Shown here: one piece after another, positions 59,470 to 64,000 of the stretch
Layout of the letters: each line of letters begins with the position of its first letter
Numbering within the stretch: the stretch's first letter is position 1
Assembly (NCBI GenBank): GCA_035221665.1
Contig: CM069154.1
Location: 5,952,001-6,016,000 of the forward strand
Reading direction: 5' to 3'
Source of the DNA: Okamejei kenojei
Lineage: Eukaryota
Length of the DNA: 64,000 bases
Position numbers and translations under genes: made by a program
The notes under the pieces: generated by a model
Seen by the model: only the letters and a program-made list of their open reading frames with translations
Database searches by the model: none
What the model was told of the DNA's origin: nothing

Positions 59470-62159
59470 GATTAAATTCATTTCTTTATCATCAATCTAC
59501 ACACAATATCCCATAATAAAAAATCTAAAACAGGTGTTTAGACATTTTTTCAAAGTAATTAAAAATAAATAACTGAAATATCACATTTACATAAGTATTC
59601 AGACCCTTTACTCGGTATTTTGTTCATGCACCTTTGGCAGCTATTACAGCCTCAAGTCTTTTTGGGTATGACTACAAGCTTGGCACACCTGTATCTGGGT
59701 AATTTCTCCCATTCTTCTCTTCAGATCCTCTCAAGATCTGTCAGGTTGGATGGGGAGCATCGATGCACAGCTGTTTTCAGGTCCCTCCAGAGATGTTCGA
59801 TTGGTTTCAAATCCGGGCTCTCGCTGGGCCACGCACGGACATTCACAGACTTGTCACGAAGCCACTCCTGCATTGTCTTGGCTGTGTGCTTAAGGTTGTT
59901 GTCCTGTTGGAAGGTGAACCTCCACCCCAGTCTAAGGTCCAGAACGCTCTGCAGCAGGTTTTCATCAAGGATCTCTCTGTACTTTATTCCGTCCATCTTT
60001 CCCTCGATCCTGAGTAGGCTCCCAGTTCCTGCCGCTGAAAAAACATCCCCACAGCATGATGCTGCTACCACCATGCTTCACATTAAGTATGGTATTGGCC
60101 AGCTGATGAGCGGTGCCTGGTTTCTTCCAGACGTGACACTTGGCATTCAGGTCAAAGAGTTCAATCTTGGATTCATCAGACCAGAGAAAATTGTTTCTCA
60201 TGCCTTTTGGCAAACTCCAAGCGGGCTGTCATAGAAACATAGAAACATAGAAATTAGGTGCAGGAGTAGGCCATTCAGCCCTTCGAGCCTGCACCGCCAT
60301 TCAATATGATCATGGCTGATCATCCAACTCAGTATCCCGTACCTGCCTTCTCTCCATACCCCCTGATCCCCTTAGCCACAAGGGCCACATCCAACTCACT
60401 CTTAAATATAGCCAATGAACTGGCCTCAACTACCCTCTGTGGCAGAGAGTTCCAGAGACTCACCACTCTCTGTGTGAAAAAAGTCTTTCTCATCTCGGTC
60501 TTAAAGGATTTCCCCCTTATCCTTAAGCTGCGACCCCTTGTCCTGGACTTCCCCAACATCGGGAACAATCTTCCTGCATCTAGCCTGTCCAACCCCTTAA
60601 GAATTTTGTAAGTTTCTATAAGATCCCCTCTTAATCTCCTAAATTCCAGAGAGTATAAACCGAGTCTATCCAGTCTTTCTTCATAAGACAGTCCTGACAT
60701 CCCAGGAATCAGTCTGGTGAACCTTCTCTGCACTCCCTCTATGGCAATAATGTCCTTCCTCAGATTTGGAGACCAAAACTGCACGCAATACTCCAGGTGT
60801 GGTCTCACCAAGACCCTGTACAACTGAAGTAGAACCTCCCTGCTCCTGTACTCAAATCCTTTTGCTATGAAAGCTAACATACCATTCGCTTTTTTCACTG
60901 CCTGCTGCACCTGCATGCCTACTTTCAATGACTGGTGTACCATGACACCCAGGTCTCGCTGCATCTCCCCTTTTCCTAATCGGCCACCATTTAAATGATA
61001 GTCTGCTTTCCTGTTTTTGCCACCAAAGTGGATAACCTCACATGTATCCACATTATACTGCATCTGCCAAACATTTGCCCACTCACCCAGCCTATCCAAG
61101 TCACCTTGCAGTCTCCTAGCATCCTCCTCACAGCGAACACTGCCCCCCAGCTTAGTGTCATCCGCAAACTTGGAGATATTGCCTTCAATTCCCTCATCCA
61201 GATCATTAATATATATTGTAAATAGCTGGGGTCCCAGCACTGAGCCCTGCGGTACCCCACTAGTTACTGCCTGCCATTGTGAAAAGGACCCGTTTACTCC
61301 TACTCTTTGCTTCCTGTTTGCCAGCCAGTTCTCTATCCACATCAATACTGAACCCCTAATACCGTATGCTTTAAGTTTGTCATGTGCCTTTTACTGAGGA
61401 GTGGCTTCCACCTGGCCACTCTACCATAAAGGCCTGATTGGTGAAGTGCTGCAGATATAGTTGTCCTTCTGGAAAGTTCTTCCATCTCCACAGAGGAACT
61501 CTTGAGCTTTGTCAGAGTGATCATCGGAATCTTGGTCACCTCCCTGACCAAGGCCCTTTTCCCCCTGTTGCTCAGTTTGGCCGGGCGGCCAGCTCTATGA
61601 AGAGTCCGGGTGGTTCCAGAGTTCTTCCATTTAAGAATGAGGGAGGCCACTGTGCTCTTCGGGACCTGCAATGCTGCCAACATTGTTTTATACCCTTCCC
61701 CAGATCTCTGCATCGAAACAATCCTGTCTTGGAGGTTTACAGAAAATTCCTTCGTCTTCTAGGCTTGGTTTTGCTCTGACATACACTGTCAACTGTAGAA
61801 ACTTATATAGACAGGTGTATGCCTTTCCAAAGTCATGTCCAAACAATTTAATATACCACTGGTGCACTCCAATCAAGTTGTAGAAACATCTCAAGGATAT
61901 CAATGGAAACAGGATGAACCTAAGCTCAATTTTGAGTGTCATAGCAAAGGGTTTGAATACTTATGTAAATGTGATATTTCAGTTATTTATTTTCAATTTA
62001 TTTGCAAAATTTTCTAAACACCTGTTTTCGCGTCGTCATTCTGGGGTATTGTGAGTAGATTGATGATAAAAAAATAAATGTAATCCATTTTAAAATAAGG
62101 ATGTAATGTAACAAAATGTGGAAAAAGTGAATGGGTCTGTATAATTTCTGAATGCACTG
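59470..62159 (-). mobile_element. Tc1 DNA transposon (DD34E), one TIR truncated, interrupted by a CR1
   Basis: GRPAKLS, WSDESK, FQQDN-34 aa-E (SPDLKPIE); ~200-bp TIRs; ends CACTG|TA. Confidence 0.93.
60233..61377 (-). mobile_element. Young 5'-truncated CR1 with uninterrupted 338-aa RT ORF and TGTCAT TSD
   Basis: ORF 60329-61345; TGTCAT at 60227-60232 and 61378-61383; (CATAGAAA)3 tail. Confidence 0.95.
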
Positions 62160-62439
62160 TACATCCACCTTTCTTCCTTATCACTCACAGTGATCCCAAT
62201 TGACTCAAATGTCCAAAATGTCTTTTAAATGCTGTTATTCTGACTGCCTCAACAACCTCCTCTGGCAGCAGGTACCATTTACATATCACCCAATGTGTGG
62301 AGAACGTTGTCCCTCAGAACAGAAGTTGGGATGTTATATTTCAGTTGTACATATGTTGTTGAGGTCGAACTTGGGCAAATTGTGGTCAGATTCAGCCACT
62401 CATCTGTACAAAACATGCCATTACAGAAAATTGCACCAT

Positions 62440-62790
62440 CTACTATATCCGCTTGTTCACACCTGGTACGACGGATATAGTAGATGAGGTTAGAGGAGAT
62501 GCAAGTGAACCTCTGCCTCACCCGAAAAGACTGTTGGAGTCCTTGGACGGAGTGGACGAAGGAGGTATAGGGACAGGTGTTGTATCTGCTGCAGTTGTAG
62601 GGGAAGGTACCTGGGGACGGGGTGGGTTGGGTGGGAAAGGATGAGTTGACCAGGGAGTTGCGGAGGGAACGGTCTCTACGGAAAGCAGAAATCGGTGGAG
62701 ATGGAAAAATGTGGCTAGTGGTGGGATCCGGATGGAAGTGGAGAAAATGTCGGAGGATTATACGCTGTGTGCGACGGCTGATAGGGCGAA
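62440..62790 (-). mobile_element. Penelope fragment (paralog of ~5390-5720)
   Basis: RQRFTCISSNLIYYIR. Confidence 0.8.
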
Positions 62791-63238
62791 ATGTGAGTTT
62801 ATTCTCCTTACCACCAGGGAAATGTCGGGGTGGAGAGGCTGGCTGTCTGCCGGGCGGTGGGTGGACATTGGGGGTGGGGGCTCATTGACGGGGCAGAGGA
62901 AGGGAGAGAGAGAGAGAGCGCAGGGTGGGGAGGAAGAGACTGAGGTGGTGGCGGGGATCGGGCTGGCCTGCCTCGGGAGGACTGAACGCAGTCTGTTGAG
63001 TTCCTGGGACTGATTCCCTGTTTAATATTCTGCGGGTATTCAGACCACGAGCAACACTTGTTTCTCACTGATCTGTACCTGTGGGATCATTAGTTTGAGT
63101 GGGAATGTAAACCTCTGGCAGGGTGACTTTTTTTTACAGTTCAGAGGCAGGGAAATGTGCTGAGCATCCCACTTGAAGTGACACTTCCCGGATCAGGCAT
63201 TTCAGTGGAGACATCAAGTCAATCGCTGCGAAACGTAC

Positions 63239-63553
63239 CGTCAGATACTTGGAGATGAACGTTAAACAGTGGATCCGTGTGATCTGTATAAATTCCACAG
63301 CTGTACCATCCTGTATCTTCAGAGTGAAGATCCTCCACAGTCACAGTAAATATTCCTCGTGCCGGGTTATCTGTGATTGACACTCTTCCACTCCGTCTGT
63401 GTTGCCACTTAGTTGCCACTAAAACTTTACATTGGATAGTCCACCCATGGCACCAGTATTTTGTGTATGAGCGGTACCATGATTCATATTGACAATCGAT
63501 TGTGATCGCTCTTCCCACAACTCCTCTTACATACTTCACTCCCCACACTGCAT
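63239..63553 (-). CDS. Receptor gene 3 Ig V exon (leader outside window; gene probably broken downstream)
   Basis: tttcag|AT GCA GTG TGG..GAC G|gtacgt; 315 nt open; flanks collinear with gene 1 (~6580-7810). Confidence 0.88.
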
Positions 63554-64000
63554 CTGAAACTGAGGGGAGAAACTTTAAGATGGAGAGCATATGAACTGTT
63601 TAATGAAAATAGATACATTTTGAAGATTACACGAAAGAAAACTTAATTCGTTCCATGATGTGTCATGTTGCTTTCCGGCCGATGTCTCCAGGCAGTGCTG
63701 TTATTGTACCAGTTGTGTCAGTGTGCTGTCCCCGGGTCAGTACAATTAGTGTTCACTTCCCACTCCAGATCCCTGGGCAGAAACTGGGCTGGGATCGCAG
63801 TGCGGTACTGAGGGAGCGCGGCAGTGTTGCAGGAGCTGCCTTTCAACAATCCCAGGCGGTGCCCGGCCTCTCACCCTACAGAAACACCCCACTTTGCTAT
63901 TTCATTGGCGGTGCCGCCGGCTGCGCTGCCTACATTCATCTCTCAACCGACACTGGGCCGGACCCTTGTTTGGACATTCAGCGCCGCCACTGCCTTTACA

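Overview
Repeat-rich vertebrate genomic DNA, inferred to be from a cartilaginous fish (skate/ray-like) from its HE1/V-SINE-like, CR1 and Penelope content. The host content is a minus-strand tandem cluster of Ig-superfamily receptors with CD300/pIgR-type V domains, resembling skate MDIRs. Gene 2 can be spliced completely from GT-AG exons (leader-V-C2-stalk-TM-short tail, 286 aa); its transmembrane Arg and Tyr-free tail suggest an activating receptor. Gene 1 runs off the left edge. Gene 3 is a V exon plus an orphan frameshifted TM exon. The rest is nested mobile DNA: three full-length but decayed DIRS tyrosine-recombinase retrotransposons (ITR/ICR ends, ATT crossover core), Penelope elements with minimal hammerhead ribozyme motifs, CR1, L2 and Rex1/Babar LINEs, a DD34E Tc1, a Helitron-like minisatellite element and tRNA SINEs. 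Highlights: (1) a hAT-derived element, in two copies, that carries a captured FAM110 gene fragment; (2) a 102-bp hammerhead-only insertion with a 15-bp TSD whose empty site is visible in the paralogous gene; (3) conserved RNA-structure features in the DIRS ends. All calls were made by eye without database searches, and repeat boundaries are approximate unless a junction is quoted.
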